Assembly (NCBI GenBank): GCA_910584715.1
Contig: CAJUAN010000010.1
Span: forward strand, 13,496-77,495
Reading direction: 5' to 3'
DNA length: 64,000 nt
Source: an uncultured Oscillospiraceae bacterium
GTDB taxonomy: Bacteria; Bacillota; Clostridia; Oscillospirales; Ruminococcaceae
This document shows positions 16,918-25,633 of this stretch, piece after piece. Made by a program: the position numbers and the translations under genes. The notes below the pieces were generated by a model, which had not been told where the DNA came from, made no database searches, and worked only from the letters and a program-made list of their open reading frames with translations. Position 1 is the first letter of the stretch; each line of letters starts with the position of its first letter.

Positions 16918-19900
16918 GTGGATATTTTTAAACAATATGACATATTCAAGGAAAAATGCTCGGAGTTTCCCGATAAGCTGACCGACAGATGTTTTTCGTC
17001 ATGCAGTCTTATCTGCCACCCTGCGGCTAAGGACGTCCTGATCTCCGTGTGCAGCGAGGAGGAAGCCCACAGCAACGCGGACTACATCTGCCGCATGAGG
17101 GATATGCTCCTTATGTCCGAGGACGGGGAGGAGTGGTCTGCATTTAATCTGACGGAAGCGCGCAGGATCGCCGAACAGGACGGTTATATCTATATCACCG
17201 ACCTGCTTGCCGAGGACGCTTTCATTGCCGAGGACTGGATGATAAACGGCAAGAACGACACCGTTATCGTAAGCGAAGCCTATATGCGCGAAAAAGGAAA
17301 AAGATACGCCCCTGTTACGCCCCTGACAAATAAAGTTCTCTGTTTCAAAAAATATTCCTGCGGATTTTTCTGGAAGCCCTCCGCTCCGGGAAGTATAATC
17401 CGCATTGACAAGGATTACATAGACGGCTGCTTCAAGGAGTTCTTTGACAAGTGCTCCGCAAAGCTGCCCGACCTTTCCGATTCCGAAACTATCAATTTCA
17501 AGCTTTTCGGCGGAGAGATAACCATTGACGTGAACACCACAAGGATAAGGACTATCGAGCTGTTCTTTGCAAGAATGAACCGCATTGCGGAGATACTTTC
17601 CGGCAATTCGGAGATACTCGGAATATGCGGATATGAATTTTCAGCGGTGGATTTTCTGCTTGAGCTTACCGCCGCCGCTCTGGCGAAAAACGGTATAGAC
17701 ATTTCAAAGAAAAAATTTGCGGCTGAATATTATTCGCCGATCCTGAACGGTCAGGGTACGGAGGAAATGCTTGCCGCTTTAGGCACGCGCTGCGGAAACG
17801 CCGACGTGGACTGCATAAAGCTTGCTTTCCTTGACGCCGTGAACGCGGAGTACTCCGAAAAGATAGAATATTCCGCCGGGGACTCCGGATTCTACAGCGA
17901 AAATATACGCAGGCTGGAGCTTGGGGACTATACCGCCGAGGAAGAAAAATTCATTGTGTCGGAGCTTCTTTCACGCAAGCCCGCCGACTACAGGGTATTT
18001 TATTTTGCAAACAAGGAGTATCCCGAGGAAGCTGAAAACCTTGCCGCCATTGCGGAGTTCTGGGAAGTTGAGCCGCTGTCCGAGGAGGAAATGGAAAACG
18101 CCGTCCTCGGCGCGTACCTGCTTGACGAGAACTTTGACGAGCAGGGGCGCTTCTGCGCGGGCTATGAGGAATCCCGCATACTTAAAGAGCAGGTGGGAAA
18201 GGTCATCGACAAGTACGGGCTTTCCAACCGCGAGTGCATAGACGAGCTTGAACAGCGCATGGAGATACTCGACAAGGAGCGCAGGACATTTAACGGAACC
18301 CTGTTCGACACCCCCGAGGAAATGCAGCTTGCGGTCAAGAACGAAGCTTACGTTCAGGAGCTTTGCGAGAACCTCTCCGCTCTGAACGAGTCCGAGCTGA
18401 ACGCTCTGAACGAGCATATCGACAACACCACTCTCGACGATTCCACAAAATCCAAATACAAGCTTAAAATAAAGCTGGCTATGAATAACGTCCAGTCGGC
18501 AGTCCTTGAGCAGAAATGTCTTAAACTGCCGATAATGAACCTTGACGAGATAGCGGGTCTGAGAAAGACGCTTGCGGACGAGAATTACCCCGAAGCAGTT
18601 CTCAAGCCCTTTGCGGCTAAGATAAGGGACGCTTTCTCCGCAGCGCAGACCGCCGAGATCGAGGGTATGCTGAAAAGCTCCGAGGACATGAGCGACGAAC
18701 AGCTTGACGGAGTTTCCGCAAAGCTGGATTCCGGCAGGTACGACAGCACGATCTCTGCCTTTTACAAAAGCAGGGTGGAGGAGATCAAGGAGAAAAATAT
18801 CAGGGCGAAGCTGCATAGTATTGCGGAGGGCTTTGAGTCCTTCAGCAAGGAAAAGCTGACCGGTCTCATAGATACCCTGAAAAACAGCGATTTCCCCAAG
18901 AGGCTTACGTATCCTCTTATCAAAAGGGTCACGGAGGCTCTCAGCAATTACGAGATAAACGAGGCGGCGAGGACGTTCGAGGGCGTAGGCTTTGCGGACG
19001 CGGAGCAGCTTGAAAAGATGAAGTCCGCAATTTCGGAAAAGCTTTTCAGCGACGAAATACTGGCTCCGTATATTGTTCTGGTGGAAAAGCGCGAAAAGGA
19101 GCTTCTTGACGAGGAGCTTGTGGAAATGTGCGCCGACATTGAGAATATGTCCCAGGACGACCTGACCATACTCCGCGCAAAGATAACCGACGGCGACAAA
19201 GCGTTTGACGAGCAGCTTGTTTCAAAGTATCTTGACAAGATCACCCAGAGGGACTGCGAGCTGAAAAATTCCGAGCTTGCGGAGCTCTGCAAATACATTT
19301 TCTCCATGGAGCAGTCAGAGCTTGACGAGCTTAAGGAAAAGCTTGCGGACGAAAAGTACGACAAGGAATTTACGGACGTTTACTATAGAAAAATTGCCGA
19401 AAGGGAGCAGGAGCTTCTTGTGCTTGAGCTTGACAGACTCTGCGCGGGCATTGACGACGCCGATATCGACGTTCTTGAAAAGCTTAAAACACGTATTATC
19501 GACGAGGAGCGTTACGCCGACGTCTGTGACGACTACATCTCCGACATCAACAGCCGTATTGAGGATATAAAGCTGGCTGAATACAAAAACACCATAGCCG
19601 GCGTTGCTTCCATGAATGCGGAAGAGGTTGAGGAATTCAGAAAGACCGCCGAGGAAAAACGCTATGATATCGGCGAAGCTCTTTACGAGGAAAGCCTTGC
19701 CGCTGCCGACGAAAGAGATAACGTTCTGGAAAATCAGGCTATCGAGGATATCTGCGGAGATATCGAATCCTATGGCTTCGAGCAGGCTGAAAGCGTAAGG
19801 GCGCGGCTTGCAGAGGAGGGCTTTGACCCCGTGAAGATCGCTCCCTACGCAGCCCGTATCGACGAAAGGATAACCGCTCTCCATACGGCCGAGCTGGAAT

Positions 19901-21087
19901 CCTATATCGATGGAATCGAGTCCATGAACAAGGAACAGCTCATTCAGGCTCAGATAAAGATCGGCGAGTACAGCGGGCCCTCTTATCTCAAAGATAAGTA
20001 CAACAGGATCGCGGAGTCTGCTATCGCAGATATCGCTGACCGCGAGATACGCGAAATGTGCGGAAATATCAGCGAGCTTTCCGCCAAAAAATCAGGCGAG
20101 CTTATCAGGCGTATCAATACCATGCCTTTGGACGAAGCTGCCAAAAGCAAATATATCGACGCTCTCGACGCTCATATCGCGTCTCTAAAGGAACACGAAC
20201 AGAGAGAGTATATTGAGCACCTTACGGGGGATATGTCCGAGTACGGTATAAACGCGGTACATCTGGCAGTTCCGGGAATGACGGGTCTGTTTATAAACAA
20301 ATATGACAACGCCTGCAATACCTATGTTTCCGCCGGAAGATACGAGCTGCCTATCCTTATCCACGAGGGCAACGGCGGAGACAGCTTTACGATGACGACG
20401 GAATACCTGTATACCTTTAACAGAGGCGTTATGAAGCGAATAAAGGTGGACGACATAGCTTCCTTCCAGGCAAAGAAAACCTTGATGAATTCCGTTCTTA
20501 CGGCTGTGGAGAAAAACGGCGACACCAGCGAGCTGCCCAACGCTCTTAAAAAGGACGTTATCGAAAACGTTGCAAAGACGCTTACCGCTTTGGTAAGTTT
20601 CATTCACGACAGACGCTCCGCCGAGCATATGAAAGAACTCCTTGAAAACGCAGTACAGGAGAAAGCCGTTCAAGCAGCTGTTATGGCGGCACCGGCTGTG
20701 GCCGCTTCTCCCGTGCCTGCCGCCCAGGTCGGCGTTCACGTTGTTCCCGTGCCTGTTTCGGCGTCAGCAAGAAGCGCGTCTGACAATGCAAGCAATGCGG
20801 ATATTGTGGATAATACAGACGGCGCAAGCGGATCCCATGCAGCTTATGAGACAGAGTACCGCCAAGCTGAGCCTCATGTATCCGATACGGCTGAAAAGCC
20901 TGCTGCTGTTTCCGATGTATCCGCCGCTGAGGAAGATATCCCTGCGGCACCGGCTCAGGCGCTTGCGGAAGAACCCGCTGCTCCCGCTGAAGCCGAGGTC
21001 AAGATCAAGTTCTGCGACCAGTGCGGCGCAAGGATAACGAGTCCAACGGCGAAATTCTGCGCAGAGTGTGGAAACAGGCTTATGTAA
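16918..21087 (+). CDS. Very large cytoplasmic protein: unknown N-terminal region, about 12 helical repeats of ~51 aa, PH-like module, Ala/Pro-rich linker, C-terminal zinc ribbon
   Basis: Continuous 4.2-kb ORF. GTG at 16918 has GAGGG 8 nt upstream; the TTG at 16894 in the track is almost leaderless. No signal peptide or TM helix. The C-terminus KIKFCDQCGARITSPTAKFCAECGNRLM is a CxxC..CxxC zinc ribbon. Confidence 0.8.
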   Translation: MDIFKQYDIFKEKCSEFPDKLTDRCFSSCSLICHPAAKDVLISVCSEEEAHSNADYICRMRDMLLMSEDGEEWSAFNLTEARRIAEQDGYIYITDLLAEDAFIAEDWMINGKNDTVIVSEAYMREKGKRYAPVTPLTNKVLCFKKYSCGFFWKPSAPGSIIRIDKDYIDGCFKEFFDKCSAKLPDLSDSETINFKLFGGEITIDVNTTRIRTIELFFARMNRIAEILSGNSEILGICGYEFSAVDFLLELTAAALAKNGIDISKKKFAAEYYSPILNGQGTEEMLAALGTRCGNADVDCIKLAFLDAVNAEYSEKIEYSAGDSGFYSENIRRLELGDYTAEEEKFIVSELLSRKPADYRVFYFANKEYPEEAENLAAIAEFWEVEPLSEEEMENAVLGAYLLDENFDEQGRFCAGYEESRILKEQVGKVIDKYGLSNRECIDELEQRMEILDKERRTFNGTLFDTPEEMQLAVKNEAYVQELCENLSALNESELNALNEHIDNTTLDDSTKSKYKLKIKLAMNNVQSAVLEQKCLKLPIMNLDEIAGLRKTLADENYPEAVLKPFAAKIRDAFSAAQTAEIEGMLKSSEDMSDEQLDGVSAKLDSGRYDSTISAFYKSRVEEIKEKNIRAKLHSIAEGFESFSKEKLTGLIDTLKNSDFPKRLTYPLIKRVTEALSNYEINEAARTFEGVGFADAEQLEKMKSAISEKLFSDEILAPYIVLVEKREKELLDEELVEMCADIENMSQDDLTILRAKITDGDKAFDEQLVSKYLDKITQRDCELKNSELAELCKYIFSMEQSELDELKEKLADEKYDKEFTDVYYRKIAEREQELLVLELDRLCAGIDDADIDVLEKLKTRIIDEERYADVCDDYISDINSRIEDIKLAEYKNTIAGVASMNAEEVEEFRKTAEEKRYDIGEALYEESLAAADERDNVLENQAIEDICGDIESYGFEQAESVRARLAEEGFDPVKIAPYAARIDERITALHTAELESYIDGIESMNKEQLIQAQIKIGEYSGPSYLKDKYNRIAESAIADIADREIREMCGNISELSAKKSGELIRRINTMPLDEAAKSKYIDALDAHIASLKEHEQREYIEHLTGDMSEYGINAVHLAVPGMTGLFINKYDNACNTYVSAGRYELPILIHEGNGGDSFTMTTEYLYTFNRGVMKRIKVDDIASFQAKKTLMNSVLTAVEKNGDTSELPNALKKDVIENVAKTLTALVSFIHDRRSAEHMKELLENAVQEKAVQAAVMAAPAVAASPVPAAQVGVHVVPVPVSASARSASDNASNADIVDNTDGASGSHAAYETEYRQAEPHVSDTAEKPAAVSDVSAAEEDIPAAPAQALAEEPAAPAEAEVKIKFCDQCGARITSPTAKFCAECGNRLM
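18355..20208 (+). repeat. Array of about 12 degenerate ~51-aa (~153-nt) repeats within the giant CDS
   Basis: Recurring pattern [EL..(L/M)C..I..(M/L)s..EL..L..KI.d..Y/F(d)......Y..KI..Re.EL], for example LVEMCADIENMSQDDLTILRAKITDGDKAFDEQLVSKYLDKITQRDCELKNSE, LAELCKYIFSMEQSELDELKEKLADEKYDKEFTDVYYRKIAEREQELLVLE and LDRLCAGIDDADIDVLEKLKTRIIDEERYADVCDDYISDINSRIEDIKLAE. Confidence 0.75.
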
Positions 21088-21098
21088 CTTATAAAATT

Positions 21099-21147
21099 AT
21101 CGGGAAACGCCCGCTTCGTATAAGAGGACGTTTCCCGATTCCTTTTG
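21099..21147 (+). terminator. Rho-independent terminator after the giant gene
   Basis: ATCGGGAAACG(21099-21109) / CGTTTCCCGAT(21129-21139), then TCCTTTTG. Confidence 0.75.
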
Positions 21148-21152
21148 CGTAT

Positions 21153-21379
21153 AAAAAACAGAGACCGAGCTGTTCGTGCTGTCCTTATATTTAATGCTAA
21201 ACTATCGTCTTGGGAAAGTATTGCGATTTTCCGCTATAGACGGCAGCATGGGGAAAGGCTCGGCCTTTCGTGCAAGCTCGATATAGAAGCTTTCTGCCGT
21301 ATCGGAAGCAACAATTTGCTGCCTTTGCTACAGACGGCGGCAAGGGTAAAGGTTCAGCCTTTTTATGGCCTCTGTTTTT
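21153..21379. other. Structured non-coding island bounded by a 12/13 inverted repeat and containing two copies of a ~31-nt hairpin module
   Basis: AAAAACAGAGACC(21154-21166) is the reverse complement of GGCCTCTGTTTTT(21367-21379) with one mismatch. Direct repeats AGACGGCAGCATGGGGAAAGGCTCGGCCTTT(21238-21268) and AGACGGCGGCAAGGGTAAAGGTTCAGCCTTT(21332-21362) match at 26/31, and each ends in an AAAGG..CCTTT hairpin. No ORF with an RBS on either strand. Confidence 0.5.
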
Positions 21380-21384
21380 ATTTG

Positions 21385-22305
21385 TTACTTTAAAAATCCG
21401 TCGATAATTTTCTGCTCCGCTTCCTCCTCGGTAAGACCTAAAGTCCGCAGCTTGATTATCTGCTCTCCCGCGATCTTTCCGATAGCCGCCTCGTGGATAA
21501 GAGAAGCGTCGATGTTCCCCGCGTAAAGCTCCGGAGCCGCGTTTACTCTGCCATTGTCGGCAAGTATGGCGTCGCATTCGGAATGCCCCGTGCAGCGGCA
21601 GTTGCCTTTGATGACCGAGTGGTACTCCTGATAGGAATTACCCTTTGCCACCGACCGGGAAACCAAATCAACGCCTGAATCCTCGCCGTCCAGAGATACC
21701 GAGAAATCCGACTTTGCCGTCTCGTCGCCGTCGGTGAGAAGCCTTTCGCGGATAACAAGCTTTGCTCCCGCGCCGAGCTTTGCGGTGGTAAGACGGTTCG
21801 TGCTTGTCACTCCGCTTATCTGCATGGTGTCCATTTCCATATAGGAATTTTCCTCCATTACCACGTCGGTGACGGGGTCTATACGCTTTGCTCCGCTGCC
21901 GGTTCCTGTTCCTACGTGCTTTTCCTTGTAAAGCACGCGGGCGTTTTTTCCGATAAAGAAGCGATGTATACCGTTGTGGCGCGCTTCCTCTTCGTCATCG
22001 GAATGCACTCCGCAGCCAGCGACAATTATAACGTCCGCGCCGTCCTCAACATAAAAATCGTTGTAGACCAGATCGTTCACTCCGCCATGAGTAACGCAGG
22101 CGGGAATATAAACGGTTTCTTTTTGGGCGCCGGAACCAATTTTGATAACGATGCCCGGGTTATCGGATTTGTTTTCTATCTTTATGTTTTCCGAGGACTG
22201 CCTGCCAGCGCAGCCGCTGTTTTCTCGTATATTATAGGCTCCCTTGAAGGATATAACGTTCCGTTCTGAGACTATCCCCAAAAGCTTTTCTGTAATGCTG
22301 TCCAT
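21385..22305 (-). CDS. SufB/SufD-family Fe-S cluster assembly protein
   Basis: 306 aa. The C-terminal pattern ASLIHEAAIGKIAGEQIIKLRTLGLTEEEAEQKIIDGFL is typical of SufB/SufD. Sits immediately downstream (1-nt gap) of a SufC-like ATPase gene. Confidence 0.8.
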   Translation of the reverse strand: MDSITEKLLGIVSERNVISFKGAYNIRENSGCAGRQSSENIKIENKSDNPGIVIKIGSGAQKETVYIPACVTHGGVNDLVYNDFYVEDGADVIIVAGCGVHSDDEEEARHNGIHRFFIGKNARVLYKEKHVGTGTGSGAKRIDPVTDVVMEENSYMEMDTMQISGVTSTNRLTTAKLGAGAKLVIRERLLTDGDETAKSDFSVSLDGEDSGVDLVSRSVAKGNSYQEYHSVIKGNCRCTGHSECDAILADNGRVNAAPELYAGNIDASLIHEAAIGKIAGEQIIKLRTLGLTEEEAEQKIIDGFLK

Positions 22306-22306
22306 A

Positions 22307-23050
22307 TCAGAAGCCCTCCTTTTCCGGCACCATTCTGCCGAGGGGACATTTTCCCTCGGAGCTGTTTTCTTTGAGAAGATCCGGGAGGATATCCTCTTTG
22401 CTTCCCTCGGCGGAGACCTTTCCGTCGGAAATAACTATGATATAGTCCGCTATCTCCATGATCCTTTCCTGGTGGGAAATTATCAGCAGGGAACGTCCGC
22501 CCTCATTTTTAAGACGTTCAAAAGCGTTTATAAGGCTTCCGAAGCTCCACAGGTCAATACCCGCCTCGGGTTCGTCAAAAACAAGCATGGAAGCGTTTTT
22601 TCTCGCCAGGACCGTAGCTATCTCTATGCGCTTGCTTTCGCCTCCCGAAAGACTTGCGTCGGCTTCCCTGTTCATATATTCACGGGCGCAGAGACCTACC
22701 TCGCCGAGTATCTCGCATATGACCTCGTTATCAAGCTTCTGCTCCGCTGACGTTTCTATAAGGTCGCGGACGGTGAGTCCCTTAAAGCGGACAGGCTGCT
22801 GAAAGGCATATGCAATGCCCTTGCGCGCACGTTCGGTGATGTTGTATTCGGTTATGTCTGTTCCGTCCAGAAAAATTTTACCCTCGGTAGGACTATAGAG
22901 ACCCGCGATCATCTTAGCGATAGAGGTTTTTCCTCCGCCGTTGGGTCCCGTTACCACGGTAAGCTTTCCGTCGGGTATCTTCATATCGACGCCTTTGAGA
23001 ATTTCCTCGCCCTCGGGAAGTCTCCAGCGAACATTTTTAAGTTCAAGCAT
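22307..23050 (-). CDS. sufC: SufC-like ABC ATPase (Fe-S cluster assembly)
   Basis: Walker A GPNGGGKTS, SufC-like ERARKGIAYAFQQP, signature LSGGESKRIEIATVL, Walker B LVFDEPEAGID. Paired with the SufBD gene. Confidence 0.75.
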   Translation of the reverse strand: MLELKNVRWRLPEGEEILKGVDMKIPDGKLTVVTGPNGGGKTSIAKMIAGLYSPTEGKIFLDGTDITEYNITERARKGIAYAFQQPVRFKGLTVRDLIETSAEQKLDNEVICEILGEVGLCAREYMNREADASLSGGESKRIEIATVLARKNASMLVFDEPEAGIDLWSFGSLINAFERLKNEGGRSLLIISHQERIMEIADYIIVISDGKVSAEGSKEDILPDLLKENSSEGKCPLGRMVPEKEGF

Positions 23051-23247
23051 ATTTTAAAATTCCTCTTTTCTGCCATATGGTGCATAAAGCGTGATATCCG
23101 TTCAAGAGCCGGAATGCGCTCAGAAAGCGCACCGGAGCGGTATTTGCAGAGCCGCGCATTTTGCAGGAACGTCATTATTAGACATTCAGTATAAAACAGT
23201 ATCTGCAATTTATGTCCGTAAATTCACTCGAGGCGGATAACGAGTAT

Positions 23248-23276
23248 ATTATACCATATTAGTAGTTAATAGTCAA
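23248..23276 (-). promoter_or_regulatory. Sigma-A type promoter (extended -10) for sufC-sufBD
   Basis: On the minus strand: TTGACT(23276-23271), 17-nt spacer ending in TGG, TATAAT(23253-23248). Implies a 5' UTR of about 190 nt that contains the hairpin CCGG..TGCGCT/AGCGCA..CCGG (23109-23135). Confidence 0.55.
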
Positions 23277-23424
23277 TAGCTTTAGCGCACATTGGTTTCC
23301 GGCGGCGGGAGCGGATACAAAACCGCTGCAAAAGTTTTTCCCGCGCTGCATAAACCGTAAAAATAATTTGCGGTTTATGCAGCGCGGGTTTTAAGGGGGA
23401 TATGAAGAAATTAATTGGGAATTA

Positions 23425-24225
23425 TCATTTTGTCCGCTTCTTTTCTTCGGAAACGGCGGCTCTGTATTCGGAGGGCGTCATGTCCGTCCTCGATTTGAAC
23501 TGCCGCATGAAGTGAAGCTCGCACTTATATCCGCACATCTGCGCAATTTTCGTAATGGAAATATCCGTGGTGGAAAGCAGGTATTTGGCGTGTTCTACGC
23601 GGCTGCGTATCACGTCGTTCATAACGCTTACCCCAAAGGTCTCTTTGTACAGATGCTGGAAATAGGATTTGCTCATCGCAAGCTGGTGTGAAAGCCCGTC
23701 AACGTTCCATTCGTTGTAGGGCATATTGTATATCTGCGACCGCAGGAGAGCCATTTTATCGTAGTGGGTGCTCGACCTGCTTCCGCCGTATGAGTGTATC
23801 TCCTCGCTCAGCTTTATAAAAAACAGTTTCATGTAAAGCTCCGCCGAATCCGTTTTAAATATATTCGATGAGTAGCTTTCGTAAGCCATATTTTTGATTA
23901 AAAGTGAAAGTCCGTTGATATCGTCAAGCTTGACGACCTTGTCAAAGGGTATATCGAGAGCGTCAAAAAAGTCATAGTCGCCGTCTGAAAGCTTAAAGTG
24001 AAACCAGTCGTTGGAAAACTGCGTTCCGTACGCTCTGTAAAACTGAGGAGTGCCCTCTTTGTAAAGTATAAAGGAATTTTCTTCGGTGAACGTGTCCGTT
24101 CCGGAAAAGGTAAAGACCGCAGGCGTTTTTATCAGCAGCAGAAGATAGTCTCCCGAACCGTCGGGGCGCTGGATACAGAAATCCGCGTCGTGACAGTGGT
24201 TATATCCGATATTGTTGATATGCAA
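23425..24225 (-). CDS. AraC-family transcriptional regulator (cupin-like sensor + AraC HTH)
   Basis: TTG start at 24225, preceded by GAGGTG and three in-frame stops. C-terminal AraC pattern (LAMSKSYFQHLYKETFGVSV...ITKIAQMCGYKCELHFMRQFKSRTDMTPSEYR). Confidence 0.85.
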   Translation of the reverse strand: MHINNIGYNHCHDADFCIQRPDGSGDYLLLLIKTPAVFTFSGTDTFTEENSFILYKEGTPQFYRAYGTQFSNDWFHFKLSDGDYDFFDALDIPFDKVVKLDDINGLSLLIKNMAYESYSSNIFKTDSAELYMKLFFIKLSEEIHSYGGSRSSTHYDKMALLRSQIYNMPYNEWNVDGLSHQLAMSKSYFQHLYKETFGVSVMNDVIRSRVEHAKYLLSTTDISITKIAQMCGYKCELHFMRQFKSRTDMTPSEYRAAVSEEKKRTK

Positions 24226-24241
24226 TCATCATCACCTCTGC

Positions 24242-25588
24242 TTACAGAATTTCACCGTTGCTTTCTATTACCTTTTTGTACCATAACGCCGAGTCCTTGG
24301 GTATCCGTTCTCCGGTTTCATAATCGGTGTAGATCATTCCGAAGCGGGCGGTGTAGCCTATAGCCCACTCAAAATTGTCCACAAGCGACCACTGGAAATA
24401 TCCGCGACAGTCAACGCCGTCATCGGCGGCTCTGCGGAATTCCCTTATATAGCGGTGCAGAAAATCAATTCTGTTGGGGTCGTGGACTTTTCCGTCAAGC
24501 GAGACCGCGTCGTGGGCAGCCATTCCGTTTTCGGTGATGTATATGGGAAGCCCATAGCGTTCATACATGAATCTCGGTCCCCAGTAAAGGGTTTCGGGAA
24601 CGATGTTCCATTTTATCGCGTTAAGTGGAGCTCCCGCCGCAAAGGGGACGTTTTCCGCCCAGCCGTTTTCTCCCGCCCTGACGTATCTTCCCTGATAGAT
24701 ATTCAGTCCGATAAAGTCAATGGGGGAGCTTATCAGAGCCATATCCTCGTCGGTTATTTCAGGCAGGATATCGGCGCATTCATTCAGGATATTGTCATGA
24801 TATTTTCCGAATACCAACGGGTCGAGCCAGTACGACTCCGCAAAGAGGAAATGCTTTCTTCCGCAGTAGAAATACGAGCCCTCCGCCGCGGATATATCTT
24901 TTTCCGATACGGGACAGGCGGGAGCGGTAGCCACGACAAAGCCTATCTTTACACCGGGTATTTTTTCGCGCAGTACCCTGACAGCCTTGCCGTGGGCTTT
25001 GAGGACGTTGTGTCCGATACGGAGCAGCTCCTCTTTTCCCAGAACCAGACCGGGAGCGTGCACTCCCTCGAAATAACCGCAGCCCACAAAGACCTCGGGT
25101 TCATTAAAGGTCATTATGTTTTTTACCCTGCCTCCGAAAAGCTCGGCGCAGACTTTGGCATAGTCCGCAAACCGGTCGGAAATGTCGTCGCTGAGCCACC
25201 CGCCCTGCAGGTGCAGGGCGTAGGGCAGATCCCAGTGATAAAGGGTAGCGTAAGGCTCAATGCCGTATTTAAGCAGCTCGTCAATAAGATCGCTGTAAAA
25301 TCTTACTCCCGCCTGATTTACCTTTCCCGTGCCGTCGGGCATAAGCCTGCTCCAGGAAATTGAAAACCTGTAGGCTTTGAGTCCCAGCTCGGACATAAGC
25401 TTTACGTCCTCTTTAAATTTGTGATAATGACCGCAGGCAATATCGCCGCTTGAATTGTCACTTATCTTTCCCTCGGTATGGGTAAAAACGTCCCATATGT
25501 TCTTTCCCTTGCCGTCCTCGTAAGCAGCGCCCTCGATCTGGTATGCGGCAGTTGCCGCTCCCCATACGAAATTTTCAGAAAAACCCAT
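24242..25588 (-). CDS. GH1 beta-glucosidase
   Basis: 448 aa. [15 protein letters not shown], acid/base TFNEPEVF, nucleophile [10 protein letters not shown]-terminal FEWAIGY. Confidence 0.9.
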   Translation of the reverse strand: MGFSENFVWGAATAAYQIEGAAYEDGKGKNIWDVFTHTEGKISDNSSGDIACGHYHKFKEDVKLMSELGLKAYRFSISWSRLMPDGTGKVNQAGVRFYSDLIDELLKYGIEPYATLYHWDLPYALHLQGGWLSDDISDRFADYAKVCAELFGGRVKNIMTFNEPEVFVGCGYFEGVHAPGLVLGKEELLRIGHNVLKAHGKAVRVLREKIPGVKIGFVVATAPACPVSEKDISAAEGSYFYCGRKHFLFAESYWLDPLVFGKYHDNILNECADILPEITDEDMALISSPIDFIGLNIYQGRYVRAGENGWAENVPFAAGAPLNAIKWNIVPETLYWGPRFMYERYGLPIYITENGMAAHDAVSLDGKVHDPNRIDFLHRYIREFRRAADDGVDCRGYFQWSLVDNFEWAIGYTARFGMIYTDYETGERIPKDSALWYKKVIESNGEIL

Positions 25589-25633
25589 TGATGATCACCT
25601 CACGCTCTATTATACAATAAGTTCCCTTTAAAA

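Noticed and set aside
21145-21393. 82-aa plus-strand ORF and the overlapping 126-aa minus-strand ORF (21197-21577) in the intergenic island. A 6S RNA was also considered.
   Set aside because: The ORFs lack RBSs and have implausible composition. The 6S idea rests only on a closing stem; I cannot show the central bubble or conserved features, so the region is reported only as an unclassified structured or repeat element.
23346-23392. 16-bp perfect hairpin (CGCGCTGCATAAACCG / CGGTTTATGCAGCGCG) just downstream of the AraC-family gene.
   Set aside because: It is probably that operon's terminator, but the U-tract is on the wrong (plus) strand. I could not assign the strand or function confidently, so it is not listed as a terminator.
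24455-25363. 302-aa plus-strand ORF inside the GH1 gene, plus similar shadow ORFs at 35832-36668 and 56099-57031.
   Set aside because: They are antisense to well-supported genes, with no start context and no recognisable domains.
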